Made by a program: the position numbers and the translations under genes. The notes beneath the pieces are model-generated. The model was not told the origin of the DNA. It saw only the letters and a program-made list of their open reading frames with translations, and ran no database searches. From the NCBI GenBank assembly GCA_004764695.1, contig SMSO01000032.1:4000483-4064482 (forward strand): a DNA stretch of 64,000 nucleotides, given 5' to 3'. This document shows positions 54,201 through 64,000 of this stretch, piece by piece. Each line of letters opens with the position of its first letter. Position 1 is the first letter of the stretch. This DNA is from Schizochytrium sp. TIO01 (taxonomy: Eukaryota; Protista; Bigyra: Labyrinthulomycetes).

Positions 54201-57200
54201 CCGTGTCGAAATGGCGAATGTGTCAGAAGAGTTAACCGAAAAGCAGGCAAGCCCTGTCAATGGAGAAAACAAAGAAGGTGGAGAAATGAGTTCTACGAAT
54301 CACTTATTAGACGAAGATGAGGTTAGTGTATCAATTGAGGCTAGTCGCCTCGCCAAGCAAATAGAAGGAAACAGTCAGGGAGACACGCTTCCTAAATTTG
54401 ACTTGGGGCTCTCATCCCAGAAAAGTCAAGATGAAGGAGACCTACATCATGAACAGAAGCAAACGGATAAATTTACAGCCAGCGTGTCTACTATCTCTTC
54501 TCCCAGGGATCTATCCAAGGCAGTATTGGCGACTTCCAAATGTTTAGGGAAGTCTCGTAAACTTAAGGCATCTGCTGTCGAGGATGATGAAACTTTAGTC
54601 CAGGAATTGAATAGTTCTAATACATGCACGCCTGTATTAATAGAGGGAAAATACACAACTGGCACTCATGAACAGAAGGAAGGAAATGCCCGATATTCCA
54701 AAATTGAATCAGCTAAAACATCTGCAGCTTTATCACAAGAATCTGAGAATATTAGTTTGAAATTAGTAGAGGTAATGAGCACTGAGGGTACTCGTCAACA
54801 GCGAGAACATATCCTAGGCACAGATGAAGATGATGATGCAGAAGAACCATCTATGCCCTTCTCAGGGAACTCCCCAACACATTCTCCTCCAGTAGAGTGG
54901 AACCCTAAGTTCGCTGTTGGGAACATTGTGACCGTAAAGGTTTTGTCTGGATATGGTGATGGCAAGCCTGGCGCAAGTGCTCGCATAAATTCCTTAGATC
55001 ATGAAACGCGTTCTTACGATATAGAGTATGTAAGCACGAAGATTTCTGAAATGGGAGTTGACGAGTCTCTTTTAACAGAGAAAGTCACAACCGATGTTTC
55101 GGACGCAAGTGCAAAGCAAGCGAAAGAATCGAAGACTGCTGTGAAGAAAATCATGACGGATCAGTCAGATGTAGGCGAAAAAGCGAATTTTGCGAATGAT
55201 GAAGATGGCAGAGTGGATGAAAAGAGGATTGCTGACCGCCACCTTAGTATCAGAGAATTACGTATTGAGCACCCATCTCCACCACAGCATCCTCAAAGCA
55301 GATCAGACATCCAATCATTCCATTCAGGGGCTGTCGAGTTAGCATGTGAGATCGAGGAAAGCAGCGAAGGTGTTCGGGTGGGTTTATCAAAAGAAGATAC
55401 TATGACTAAGGAGCAAGATATGTCTACTCTTCAACGCGGTGCTGAGCTGTCACGTCCAATGCAGCTAGCTCAGAATGGACCGAAGCCTTTAGTTGACCAA
55501 TCAGATGCAGACATCTCAGTCCATCAAAGTTCAAGGAACCTTATAGTCCCCACAATTCTTCCGAATGCCGCCAACCGCCTAACTATTGACGAGGAGGGCT
55601 GTGCAGTGCCCGGTCGTAAAGAACATTCTGATCCTGGCAATGATTTCGGTGACGACAGTGACGATTGCCTCTCGTTGTTTGAAGAAGAGATTGGAATGCC
55701 ACCGGACGAATTTCTAACATCCGGATACCAAGCAAAAACCCCAAAAGAGGACAATAATTGCTCATGTTGTGGGCAACCCGCGGCACTCGCTTCGGAGCCT
55801 TTGATCAAGTGTTCAGGGAGGCGTAGTTGCAATATTGTTGTGCATGCTCGCTGTGTTGGAGCGCGTAATAATTCTCTCTCTGCGACCACGAAAGAGCATG
55901 GCGCATATGCTTGGAAATGCGAAGCATGTAGCCGTCGGCTTCCATCCGACGCAAGGCACTGTTTTTTATGTCCTAGCACCAAAGGCGCTTTGATTGCTTA
56001 TAAAGATCAAGCTCTCGTGCATGCATCATGCTGCTGGTGGAATCCACATATCAAGCTTCAGTTCGACTCGGACAAGTATTTGACTGGGATAGATATACCA
56101 AGCAACGGTGGGCTCAACCTTCATCACCACACTTGCTCTTATTGTTCTCGTCGTGTTGGAGCTTGTGTCAAGTGCTGTATTATCAATTGTCCGTTTTGGT
56201 TTCACCCTTCCTGTGCGAGGGCTTCTGGTGTTACGCTGCGTCTTCCTCGATGTGCTTTCCACCTATCTTGCTCAGAGGATGAGAAGAAAGAGAAGAGAAC
56301 GAACGCAAGGATGGAGTCGAATAGCCAAACTCCATTACGTTCCACTGAAAATGTGCAAAAGTCACCATTTAGCCATGAAATGGTTTGTAAAGGCACAATC
56401 AGCACTGCGAAGGATAATCGAGGGGAACTAGGTATAAAATCTGCCCTATCGCTATCAAAGCCCAAGGAAATGTTAAAGGCTGTAACTTCGCCTCCCAAAA
56501 CTTTAGAAGCATCCGCACTTCAAGATTTTGAACAGAAAGACGCATATCACAAAAAAAATACACCTTCTTCCAATTCAAGTAGTAGATTGCACGAAGGAAA
56601 AAATATATGCTTTTCAAGCAGGGATACCTCTACAAGCATGCCTCCTCCTCTGATACCAACGCCAAAAGGTTCTAGCTTGGGCTCCAAAACAGTCATGAAG
56701 TCCCAACTTTCTTCTAACACAAGCAAGATATGCAGTAAGAGTGACCTGGTTCAAATCGACCAAACGCCGAGAAGGTCCGCAAACGAGGAAGAGAAATCTG
56801 TATCTACCGACTGTAATCAAATGACAGGGCAGGCTTCGACTCTTGCTCGAAAATTTCCAATTGGGATCAACACGGGCTCAGAATCGTTGATACCTAGTCC
56901 GAGTGGGGAATTGGAAAACGTTCAAAATAGAGAACCGGAAAAAGCTCAACACAAGAAGCTCAGCGAGGTCTTAAATTCCAGCGAGGATGCCGAATCGCAC
57001 GCCAGATCTACGTTTTCTAGTCCTACAGCTTCAATTAGTCGTCTTGCAAAGATTGTTGACACCCCGGAGTCAGTTGATGAACCTCGAAAAACTCTCAAGC
57101 TAAGAAAAGGCAAACTAAAAAGATTGGGTAAGAAGCTATCCAAGGGGAAAAGAAGGGCTCGTGCAAACAGTAATGAGTCTGACGATTCTAGATCTGTCTT

Positions 57201-59070
57201 TTCTGTGACTGAGATTACTGAAAGAAAACAAGAAAAAATGGAAAACGATTTGGTTGAAGTTGAAATTCAAGGCTCGCCGAAAAGGTCAAAAAATGCAGGG
57301 AAGCAGCTGAAGTCAAAAATATCTAAGGAGGATCGACGCAAGCGATCGAATGGTTTCTTTGAGGACGAGGCAGATTTATCTGGTGATGCTAGCTCGGACG
57401 AAGACGAAGATGACCGGGCCGAAGACGAAGATGAGAATGGTAATCTAGCTGGGCTAATTGATGATAGCTCTCAACCTTCAGCTCTTTCTAGTCAAGCATG
57501 CGAGTCTGGAAAATCACCCCTTCATAGCACTGATATGTATCGTCGATCTCTGCTGGATGATTCGCCTTTGGTCATGAGAGGATTTTCTCGCCGTGGGCAT
57601 CAGATGCCTATTGTTCAAGCTCATCTTCAGGCGATGAAGTCCCGTGGAACGAGATGTGGATTGTCAAAACGGAGGAATAGAAGCATTAGTTCTTCGTCCG
57701 GAGGTGATGATAATGATGTTGATGAGGAGGACGAGGAGGAGGAGGAACTTTATGATGACGGAGAAGATCTAGAAGATGATGATCTAGAAGATGATGATCT
57801 AGAAGATGATGATCAAGAAGACGACTCAGACGAGGAGGAGACTCAAGACAAAGACGGCGACGACGGCGAATCAGAGGTAGAGGAGATTATTGTACCCAAA
57901 AGACGCCGTAAGGTTTTGGACGATTCTTCACAATCTCAAGATTTTGGGAAGAGTAGTCCCCTATACAAGACACCAAGATCTACAAAGCAACAGCAGTCTC
58001 CGCGAGCAAATACCGACAATCATGGCGCAGAAACAGTGCATTCAGGCAATGACACTGTTGCACTCGGTGGGGCTGGTAGGGATACTGAATCTAATCAGTT
58101 GACTAGTTCTACTGCTCGGCAAGTAGTTGCAAAGAAGACAAGTTCGGTCTTACCACCAGAGGTCATTGAAGTGGAAGACTTGACTATTTCAAACTCTTGT
58201 AACATAGAAAAAGCGGAGAGCAGTGTTTCTTCTGCAGGAAAAAAACGAAATGCTGCTTCGATGGCATATGGTGAGAATACCACTGACTGTAGCGCAGCAA
58301 CTTTGCGAAAGCCTAAGATACAAAGAGGGGATCGACCAATAGTCTGGGCGAATGCTCATGCTACAAGGCGGTTGGTGACGGAGGTATGTCGCCAAATGCG
58401 TCACGGAAATCAGTTTACTGTCCAAATGATGCAACACTTCTCTTTGCAAGGCAGCGATTTTGTCATTGGTTCTCGCATATGTGTATGTGTTGTTTCTCAG
58501 CAGAGACTTGTTAACCTTGCAAGTAAACCTGCATCAAGAAACAATGAAGGGGAGAGAAGTGAGCACCGTAATATGCTGGATGAGCTTATGCACCAACTCG
58601 TATCCTCATTCCCTAGTCCAGTCCTCATTGTTCAACACGATGAAAGTGAGAGCGTAGATCTGCAGATCAATAGTGACAATACTTTTGCAGAAAAGTTTCT
58701 CGATGCATATATGCATGCGCAAAACTGGGGAAGAGTACAGGCAGTACTCACATCAACCACAGGAGAAACTGTACAACTTATTCATCGCTTGTGCGAAATG
58801 GAGGAAAAGCGTGGAGCAAGCCTACGATCTCTGGATCTTCTGGAAGCAGAATGTTCACCTGAGCATGCGAAGGTAATTGAATTTTTGATGACTCTTCCTG
58901 GCATGAGTTTGGTGGCGGCTTGGCGTCTTATCAAGGTGAATGCGGGTCGTTCACTACAACAAGTCTTAGATAGCTTCAAGGCCAAGACGCTAACAGACCA
59001 AGTTCCTGGAATGACAATGAACTTGGCTGGATTTATTGTAACATCTCTTCTTCGGCGTGCAGCACCGTAA
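51241..59070 (+). CDS. FANCM: FANCM/Mph1/Hef DEAH helicase with extra Zn-finger, Tudor-like and PHD/ePHD modules and a C-terminal degenerate ERCC4-HhH region
   Basis: TWIYP..YPRRDYQFSIV, LPTGLGKT, APTKPLVTQQ, VVDEAHHA, LALSASPG, ATCIGEEGLDIG, SPIRMIQRFGRAGRKRSG, PRMIP, the FFEDEADLS motif, and a C-terminal DFVI..RICV.. / LPGMS HhH-like segment. Confidence 0.92.
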   Translation: MDDIFDTDDVLSLLENAELQHAQTKTTAKPKPPTYGAGLLKPSGTCKCGFMNTKHGLEVCEFCDLPFHPKGVLATNNNITNMMQPSGDLESSSAMTHHNQIMTRNTSGSGANYNTAPLNNNIGANSGKLFQSARQYAPHPHSESSVRGSNSMPPLSYGQTNPRQNTRPTSSLASVEPDKVPGSYTRHGGSSQINSATSCSNRNKNSTSSNASSSAPRSRHLGSINRSANPWSISSSNQAGSNAFEEEINDEVLESHVPHDPNTIDTWIYPASENYPRRDYQFSIVKSALLHNTLVILPTGLGKTFIAAVVMYNFLRWYPTGKIIFVAPTKPLVTQQIEACHRIVGINEDSTARMMGNNLAKQRKDHWRDNRVFYCTPQTAANDCKSGLLPMKEVVCVVVDEAHHANGNHSYVNLIKELRSQTRSFRILALSASPGKNKERVQDIVNNLHIANIEYKSESDPDVSPYVYKKMIQIVDVKPSDGMNEIRSQVFKLAEPAYRAIQASSCCPPLMRRPIHKISPEMIVTARGYLFKNGTTGTMHEVNMLQGSLNALNSLLTGVKFLAVQGVSGMLSHYEQLLSKPKLNVALERIVKTNQWRNFMRDLRLKRNDVNSNPKVNKLLDVLTEHFERMKKAGQQTSCIVFANHRNTIAGLVSAIGNETDLRVSPFIGQRSALSAVAKAKLKMAKSVAKIVDEVEDEDLSNSGDSGLNQNRVGGNLSKSASSSGASESLEQSATMQGQNQKEQQKIINKFKQGTLDVLVATCIGEEGLDIGSVDLIVCFDSLKSPIRMIQRFGRAGRKRSGTVVLLVSEGKEKNDLTEGISQSNRVHKLLREKLALIALHKSSNPRMIPKDIHPSVICREMEIGNFRASQVAGTSPHKTSKSNAAKKAKESAKSKNTSARALAPKTPLRPFSDCESRYYESFVTTARKPAPDLFEFSLFKPLTPLIFSHYQGMPSSSRSKAYERIRIYVDNELWNPDNYQHNQSNLRVEMANVSEELTEKQASPVNGENKEGGEMSSTNHLLDEDEVSVSIEASRLAKQIEGNSQGDTLPKFDLGLSSQKSQDEGDLHHEQKQTDKFTASVSTISSPRDLSKAVLATSKCLGKSRKLKASAVEDDETLVQELNSSNTCTPVLIEGKYTTGTHEQKEGNARYSKIESAKTSAALSQESENISLKLVEVMSTEGTRQQREHILGTDEDDDAEEPSMPFSGNSPTHSPPVEWNPKFAVGNIVTVKVLSGYGDGKPGASARINSLDHETRSYDIEYVSTKISEMGVDESLLTEKVTTDVSDASAKQAKESKTAVKKIMTDQSDVGEKANFANDEDGRVDEKRIADRHLSIRELRIEHPSPPQHPQSRSDIQSFHSGAVELACEIEESSEGVRVGLSKEDTMTKEQDMSTLQRGAELSRPMQLAQNGPKPLVDQSDADISVHQSSRNLIVPTILPNAANRLTIDEEGCAVPGRKEHSDPGNDFGDDSDDCLSLFEEEIGMPPDEFLTSGYQAKTPKEDNNCSCCGQPAALASEPLIKCSGRRSCNIVVHARCVGARNNSLSATTKEHGAYAWKCEACSRRLPSDARHCFLCPSTKGALIAYKDQALVHASCCWWNPHIKLQFDSDKYLTGIDIPSNGGLNLHHHTCSYCSRRVGACVKCCIINCPFWFHPSCARASGVTLRLPRCAFHLSCSEDEKKEKRTNARMESNSQTPLRSTENVQKSPFSHEMVCKGTISTAKDNRGELGIKSALSLSKPKEMLKAVTSPPKTLEASALQDFEQKDAYHKKNTPSSNSSSRLHEGKNICFSSRDTSTSMPPPLIPTPKGSSLGSKTVMKSQLSSNTSKICSKSDLVQIDQTPRRSANEEEKSVSTDCNQMTGQASTLARKFPIGINTGSESLIPSPSGELENVQNREPEKAQHKKLSEVLNSSEDAESHARSTFSSPTASISRLAKIVDTPESVDEPRKTLKLRKGKLKRLGKKLSKGKRRARANSNESDDSRSVFSVTEITERKQEKMENDLVEVEIQGSPKRSKNAGKQLKSKISKEDRRKRSNGFFEDEADLSGDASSDEDEDDRAEDEDENGNLAGLIDDSSQPSALSSQACESGKSPLHSTDMYRRSLLDDSPLVMRGFSRRGHQMPIVQAHLQAMKSRGTRCGLSKRRNRSISSSSGGDDNDVDEEDEEEEELYDDGEDLEDDDLEDDDLEDDDQEDDSDEEETQDKDGDDGESEVEEIIVPKRRRKVLDDSSQSQDFGKSSPLYKTPRSTKQQQSPRANTDNHGAETVHSGNDTVALGGAGRDTESNQLTSSTARQVVAKKTSSVLPPEVIEVEDLTISNSCNIEKAESSVSSAGKKRNAASMAYGENTTDCSAATLRKPKIQRGDRPIVWANAHATRRLVTEVCRQMRHGNQFTVQMMQHFSLQGSDFVIGSRICVCVVSQQRLVNLASKPASRNNEGERSEHRNMLDELMHQLVSSFPSPVLIVQHDESESVDLQINSDNTFAEKFLDAYMHAQNWGRVQAVLTSTTGETVQLIHRLCEMEEKRGASLRSLDLLEAECSPEHAKVIEFLMTLPGMSLVAAWRLIKVNAGRSLQQVLDSFKAKTLTDQVPGMTMNLAGFIVTSLLRRAAP
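57763..57820 (+). repeat. 15-bp coding tandem repeat (GATCTAGAAGATGAT)x3 encoding DLEDD in the FANCM acidic tract
   Basis: Direct reading. Confidence 0.85.
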
Positions 59071-59682
59071 ATTGAATTAAGTATTCACCTAATTTCTGCA
59101 TTTTTCCTTTTCTATTTTTTTGAACAGGCAATGTTGAGCGTTTGTTAATTCGGAGATATTTGAGAGCACGACTAAATACTAAGAAGGTAGAAAAAAAGTT
59201 CACGTGATTTATAAGTTTGTAGCGACAGTATAAAACGAAAGAGCCTACCACTGGTATTCTTCTGGTACCTTTTTGGCAATGAAGAATAACCATAGATTGT
59301 GTGTCGTGTGCATGTTGGGACAGCAAGGGTTTACCAGTGAGCGAAAGAGGGGTATTGTGACACATCCAGACTTGAGAGGATATAGAGTAGGCAACAAGCA
59401 TTTTGTTTTTTTGTGTGATGAATAGAAATGTATCTTACACCATATTTGGGTTAAGCAGACACTCATTGTGCTGCATGTGGTAGGCCAAGATTGGCCGAGA
59501 TGGGGTCTCCGTCCCATCTCTTGCGCGATATTCCGTATATTATATGGAGGGATATGATTGTAGAAAAAATGAAGAGCATGGGACAAACGTCAGGTCAAAG
59601 AGTCAAAGTTGGGTGGTATATGGCGGGGGGCACCTGCTACCTTCTTTGAGAAGCATCACTTTTCGTTTACTCTTCGTTCAGC

Positions 59683-59713
59683 AGATAGACAGATAGACAG
59701 ATAGATAGATAGA
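59683..59713. repeat. (GATA/GACA)n microsatellite downstream of the acyltransferase stop codon
   Basis: Direct reading. Confidence 0.85.
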
Positions 59714-59774
59714 AGAAATGGGAGGTGATGTTAACGATTCGGGATGGACTCGGGAAATGAGAAAAATTGAGGAT

Positions 59775-61154
59775 TTAGTGCTCAAACATGTCCTTGATGA
59801 GGGAGTGTACGGCGTCAACACCGCGACCGTTCTCCTTGCAGCCAAGGAAGGAGCGCAGGCGAATGTTGAGAGGCTGTGCCTCACCCTCGATGAGGAAGGC
59901 ATCGTGTCCGAACTTTGACTCGATAACTTCAAAGTGGACGTTGACTTCGTTCTGACCCAAAACACGGGCAAGACGCTCATGGTCCTGAGCAGGTGTAAGG
60001 CGGTCAGTGCTGTAAGAGAGGAGCATGCCCTCCTTAGTAGGCGGGATGCGCTTCACGCCTTCTTCAAAAGAGCCAACGTTCTGGCCGACATCCATGAGAT
60101 CCATACTCTGAGACAGCAAGAGGTAGCAGTTGGCATCGTAGTTGACCTGGTGGGTAAACTTGAGGCCCTGGTGCTGCAAGTAGCGCTCGACCTCGAAGGA
60201 GACCTCGCCAGACTGCTCGAGAACACTAGGGTACCAATCAAAACGCTCGTCAAATTCCTTCGGGGATCGGTAGCAGATAGTACCAAACATACGCGCAATA
60301 CCAAGTCCATGCTTAGGGTTTTCCTTATACTCGCCATTCTGAAAATCCGGGTCCATGCGCACAGCTTGCCGCTGGACGGACCTCAATGCAACTGTTCCAG
60401 GTGAGGTTTGAGCAGTGGCAGCAATGGCCACGAAACGGTCATACATGTGCGGAAAGTTAGCTGCGAATTGGATACTCTGCATGCCTCCCATGGAGCCTCC
60501 AACTACTGCGAAGACCTTCTCAATGCCAAGCTCGTCAAGCATGAGTTTTTGGTGCAGAGCCTGATCACGAGGTGTGATGAGAGGGAACTTGGCCCTAAAG
60601 GGTTCCTTGCCAGGTCCCGCCGGGGTGAGTGGAGATGTGGAGCCGAAAGGAGACCCCATCGGAGCTCCAACGATGACCTGGAACTCGTCAAGGTCGATTC
60701 CAAACTCAGGGCCGTGGCCGATGGTACGACGCCACCAGCCACGCTGTTCTTTGCCACTGTCGGGATCAAGGCTGTCCACAGCATGCACGCTGTTGCTCAT
60801 GGATGGGCACAAAAGAATCTTGCGTCCTTGAGGGTTGCCGAGAATGGCGTACTTGATGCGAACAGATCCAGCAGGGAGAACCTCGCCGCTTGAGAGCTCA
60901 AACTCCTTCTCAGGAAACAAAGTACCGACCTTAACGTCCACAGGCTCGCCAACCTGAGGCTGGAGCGCAGCAACGGAGTGAACGGGTCTGCCACGACGCC
61001 TCGTGTTCTTACCATCGTCATCTGTTCCTGCGCGGCGACCGCTCATGCGAGCTCCACTGGCCATGCTGCGTTGCGAATTTAAGGCCCATGCACTCACCAT
61101 GCCACGAGACCTCAAGGAGGTAGAGGCTCTGCTGACACTTGCAAAGAGCGACAT
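59775..61154 (-). CDS. Homoserine/serine O-acyltransferase (MetX/Cys2 alpha-beta hydrolase family) with mitochondrial presequence
   Basis: GWW, FPLITPRD, nucleophile motif GGSMGGMQ, ARMFGTICYRS, YDANCYL, STDRL (catalytic Asp) and FGHDAFL (catalytic His). The N-terminus is Arg/Ser/Ala-rich and free of acidic residues. Confidence 0.9.
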   Translation of the reverse strand: MSLFASVSRASTSLRSRGMVSAWALNSQRSMASGARMSGRRAGTDDDGKNTRRRGRPVHSVAALQPQVGEPVDVKVGTLFPEKEFELSSGEVLPAGSVRIKYAILGNPQGRKILLCPSMSNSVHAVDSLDPDSGKEQRGWWRRTIGHGPEFGIDLDEFQVIVGAPMGSPFGSTSPLTPAGPGKEPFRAKFPLITPRDQALHQKLMLDELGIEKVFAVVGGSMGGMQSIQFAANFPHMYDRFVAIAATAQTSPGTVALRSVQRQAVRMDPDFQNGEYKENPKHGLGIARMFGTICYRSPKEFDERFDWYPSVLEQSGEVSFEVERYLQHQGLKFTHQVNYDANCYLLLSQSMDLMDVGQNVGSFEEGVKRIPPTKEGMLLSYSTDRLTPAQDHERLARVLGQNEVNVHFEVIESKFGHDAFLIEGEAQPLNIRLRSFLGCKENGRGVDAVHSLIKDMFEH

Positions 61155-62081
61155 GATTATTGACAGACTATTCTGGTCCGATCAGATTCGTCGCTTTCGC
61201 CAATCTGTGATTTTCGGTCTCAAGCTGCCTGAATTGCCTTGCAACCTACAGCCAGAAAGCAGGCAACTAAGCAAGCAAGGCGTGACAGTGACTGACTGAC
61301 TGACTGCAGTGAGTGCGTGAGCCCTTGTCGTCCTTGGACGACACCGGTCACAATACTCTTCCACCTGTGACCCAACCAACAACCTCGAGCAAGTCAGCCT
61401 GCAATTCTACCGCTCTCTAGCTTTCCCAGCTCGCTAGTCTTCGCTTGCTTGCTTGCTCCTGCCCTCAGCGACCGCAGGCCCCGCCTTCAGCTCCTCGTCG
61501 ATCCACGCGAATTGCGGAATTGAATTGATGGACTTCTTCTCCAGCTCCATGCCTCCCCCCAAGTCTGCTTTCCACGCACCCCCTCTACTCCACCCCTACC
61601 AGTTTCCCCTAACCAATCTGACTTGTAGCAGAAGACGAAGAATTGGAAGTCACAGACACAAAGAAGCTAACTCAGTAGAAGCTACCTAAGCAAACTAACT
61701 AACCAAGTACAGAAAGCAAAACTAAAAAGCCCAAGGAGATCCCTCACTTCTTCGTCATGAAGAACAAGCCACGCTCCTCCAGCTCCGTCCCAGAGCCGTC
61801 GAGGGCCTTATCTTCCTCCCGAACGCAACAGCTTTGGCAGCTTTCCGACATCTGCTCCACGGCTTCGACAAATACATAACACACAACAGTCAATCAATCA
61901 ATCAATCGCAAAACCAAACAGTCAAAATCTCTCTCTAAACACGTACCGCTCTCCCTACCCGCCTCCCACCCTAAACTGTAGGACCGCCATGCGCCGTTCC
62001 CTTATCTGCGCGCCCGCCTCTCTTCGCCCATACAGAGATCAATCAAATTAAAGCGCTAAAAACTAAAACACACCAACTAAA

Positions 62082-62140
62082 ATCAATCAATCAATCAATC
62101 AATCAATCGATCAATCAATCGATCAATCAATAGATCAATT
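62082..62140. repeat. (TCAA)n microsatellite
   Basis: Direct reading. Confidence 0.9.
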
Positions 62141-62644
62141 CTTCGGATCCTTCGCGTATCCTTCGCCTCCTCTGCCCTCGGCTCGAGGCCGCGGCGAAAG
62201 GGCGCAGATCCTGCGACGCAACAGATCTCAATCGGAAAACCCAAACTCCACAAACCCCGAACAATCGAAGAAAAACAAACAAAACAAACCAAAAGAAAAG
62301 AAAAGAAAAGAAGACAAAAAAGAAGAGAATGGAAAAGAAAGCTTCGCTTTGAGCGGTGACGTCGGCGCAAAACCCGCGGGTTCCCTCTAATACTAAATTC
62401 GTATCTGTTCATCAACTGCAAACGGGGAACCCGCCATCCCCGCGAGCGAGGATATCCTAGCTTTTGCTGACGTCTTCGAGGATTTCCTTGAAGGTCCCGG
62501 AGAGCGCGGCGTCCGCCCCCGCGGTAGGAGTTGGCTATGTGGCGCTAGGGTGTGCGCGGCGAAAAGGAATCGATTGAACTTTGCTCCAAAATCGATCGAT
62601 CGATGTATCTATCTATCTCTTGAAACTTCACGCGTGGATGGGCG

Positions 62645-62685
62645 AATGAATGAATGAATGAATGAATTCATCAATCAATCAATCA
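62645..62685. repeat. (ATGA)n(TCAA)n compound microsatellite
   Basis: Direct reading. Confidence 0.85.
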
Positions 62686-64000
62686 ATACCTCGGCGTGAA
62701 GCCGGCCTGGGGGTCCCGGGGAGGGCCCGCGGGTGCTGGCCCGCCGCCGTTTGCTCGCGTACCGAGTCTTCGGTTCATCTATTTCTTCGTTCGTTATTCA
62801 TTCATTCATTCATGAACTATGAATTCTTTCGTTCATTGATAAATTATGAGTTCTTTCATTCTTTCATTCTTCGACGTTGATCATTGAAGTTCCTTTTCAT
62901 TCATCGCTTATTAATGAGGCGAAAACAAGAAAAGCCGGGGACCCTTAGCAAAGGGTAGGCGACTGCTAGTGACGGCTCGCCCTGGTAGGTAAGAAAATGG
63001 CACTTCCAATGGGACTCTCTTTCCAATAGGAACCGCTTTCTTCGGGGTTTTACGCGCGGGTGGATTGGTTGATTGATCGATTGGTTGCCTATCCTCCTTC
63101 GGTTAAACGCCCTGGACTGGCTGGTTGGCTGGCTGGCTTGCTTGGGGAGAGCCACGCCCACGGCTCGGCCTTCTGCTGGCGAGCAGAACTCGAGGCTGGC
63201 ACATCGGCAAATAAATGACTATACATGTATATGTACATATATATATATATATATGTGTAAGAAGGAGGAAATGCGGAATTGCAATTCTTAGGGGTGTGCA
63301 CTCGCTTCCTTGTAATCTGCTCGCCTGGTCTGTGCGTCGATGGAATTGGGTCTGAGGATCCCGCGAGTGGACCTCCATGCTCGCGGCGGTGTTTTACTTG
63401 GCGTAGTAGAAGCAAGCTGCTCGCTCTTGTGCATGAAGTGTATCGAGCGAGGACCTCTGCGAGAGATAATTAAAAAAACAAAAACAAAAAAACGGTACGC
63501 GTGTTCTGATGATGCTGTCTGTTAAAAAGTTGACTCCTGTCCCACGCTGTCCCAAAAGACACACGCTAAGTAAAGTAAGTGCGCCTTGCTTTTAAGTGAT
63601 AGTGGTATCACGCACAGACTGAGAGGATTGGCATAATAGTACGATAGCCCTCAATGTCTATCAAGGTGGTCTAGAATTGCAATTATAGCACGAGCAAAAA
63701 CACAGAAAGTAAGTCAACCTTGGACTTGGGCTCAAGTTGTGGAGGATGGTTCAAGCCGGTTCTTTGTCGTGCACGGCAGCTACTGCGATGGAGCCAAAGA
63801 TTGAACCGTCCGCAAGTTCCTTGGGCCAGCCACCAACCAAATCTCGGTCTCGAGGTTTCCTTTCAAGCTCAAGCTCAGACCCATAACTGCAGTGGATACC
63901 TACGTACCTACTACACAGAGAGAGGAGAAGCCCGCTCCTGCCTGCTCTAGAGAACGAACTCATCGTGAGGAGGTCGCCGACACTTTGCATTCGCTTTTAA

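Noticed and set aside
59934-60893. Antisense ORFs over the acyltransferase
   Set aside because: Same codon-bias shadow effect.

Overview
Eukaryotic, intron-poor genomic DNA. It is most consistent with a stramenopile protist, probably a thraustochytrid/labyrinthulomycete; this is inferred from gene content, near-absence of introns, microsatellite-rich intergenic DNA and flagellar genes. Gene order: 3' part of a BK/Slo-family K+ channel (+), a 1155-aa surface protein with internal repeats (-), a PHO80/P-type cyclin (-), a complete cytosolic multidomain acetyl-CoA carboxylase (-) with an ~11 kb gene-free upstream region, a multi-pass membrane protein split over two frames (-), CYB5D1 (+, 5' end out of frame), ATG13 (-, one intron), tRNA-Glu(CTC) (-), an intronless 1.4k-aa RecB/TM0106-like nuclease + SF1B helicase fusion directly beside the tRNA (+), a kinesin-9 (+), a coiled-coil protein (-), a 2609-aa FANCM carrying Tudor-like and PHD/ePHD modules (+), and a mitochondrial MetX/Cys2-family acyltransferase (-). 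The best candidates for novel biology are the prokaryote-like Fe-S nuclease-helicase beside the tRNA, the chromatin-reader FANCM, a candidate -1 frameshift site, and the modular multi-promoter region upstream of ACC. All assignments come from motif recognition by eye; no searches were run.
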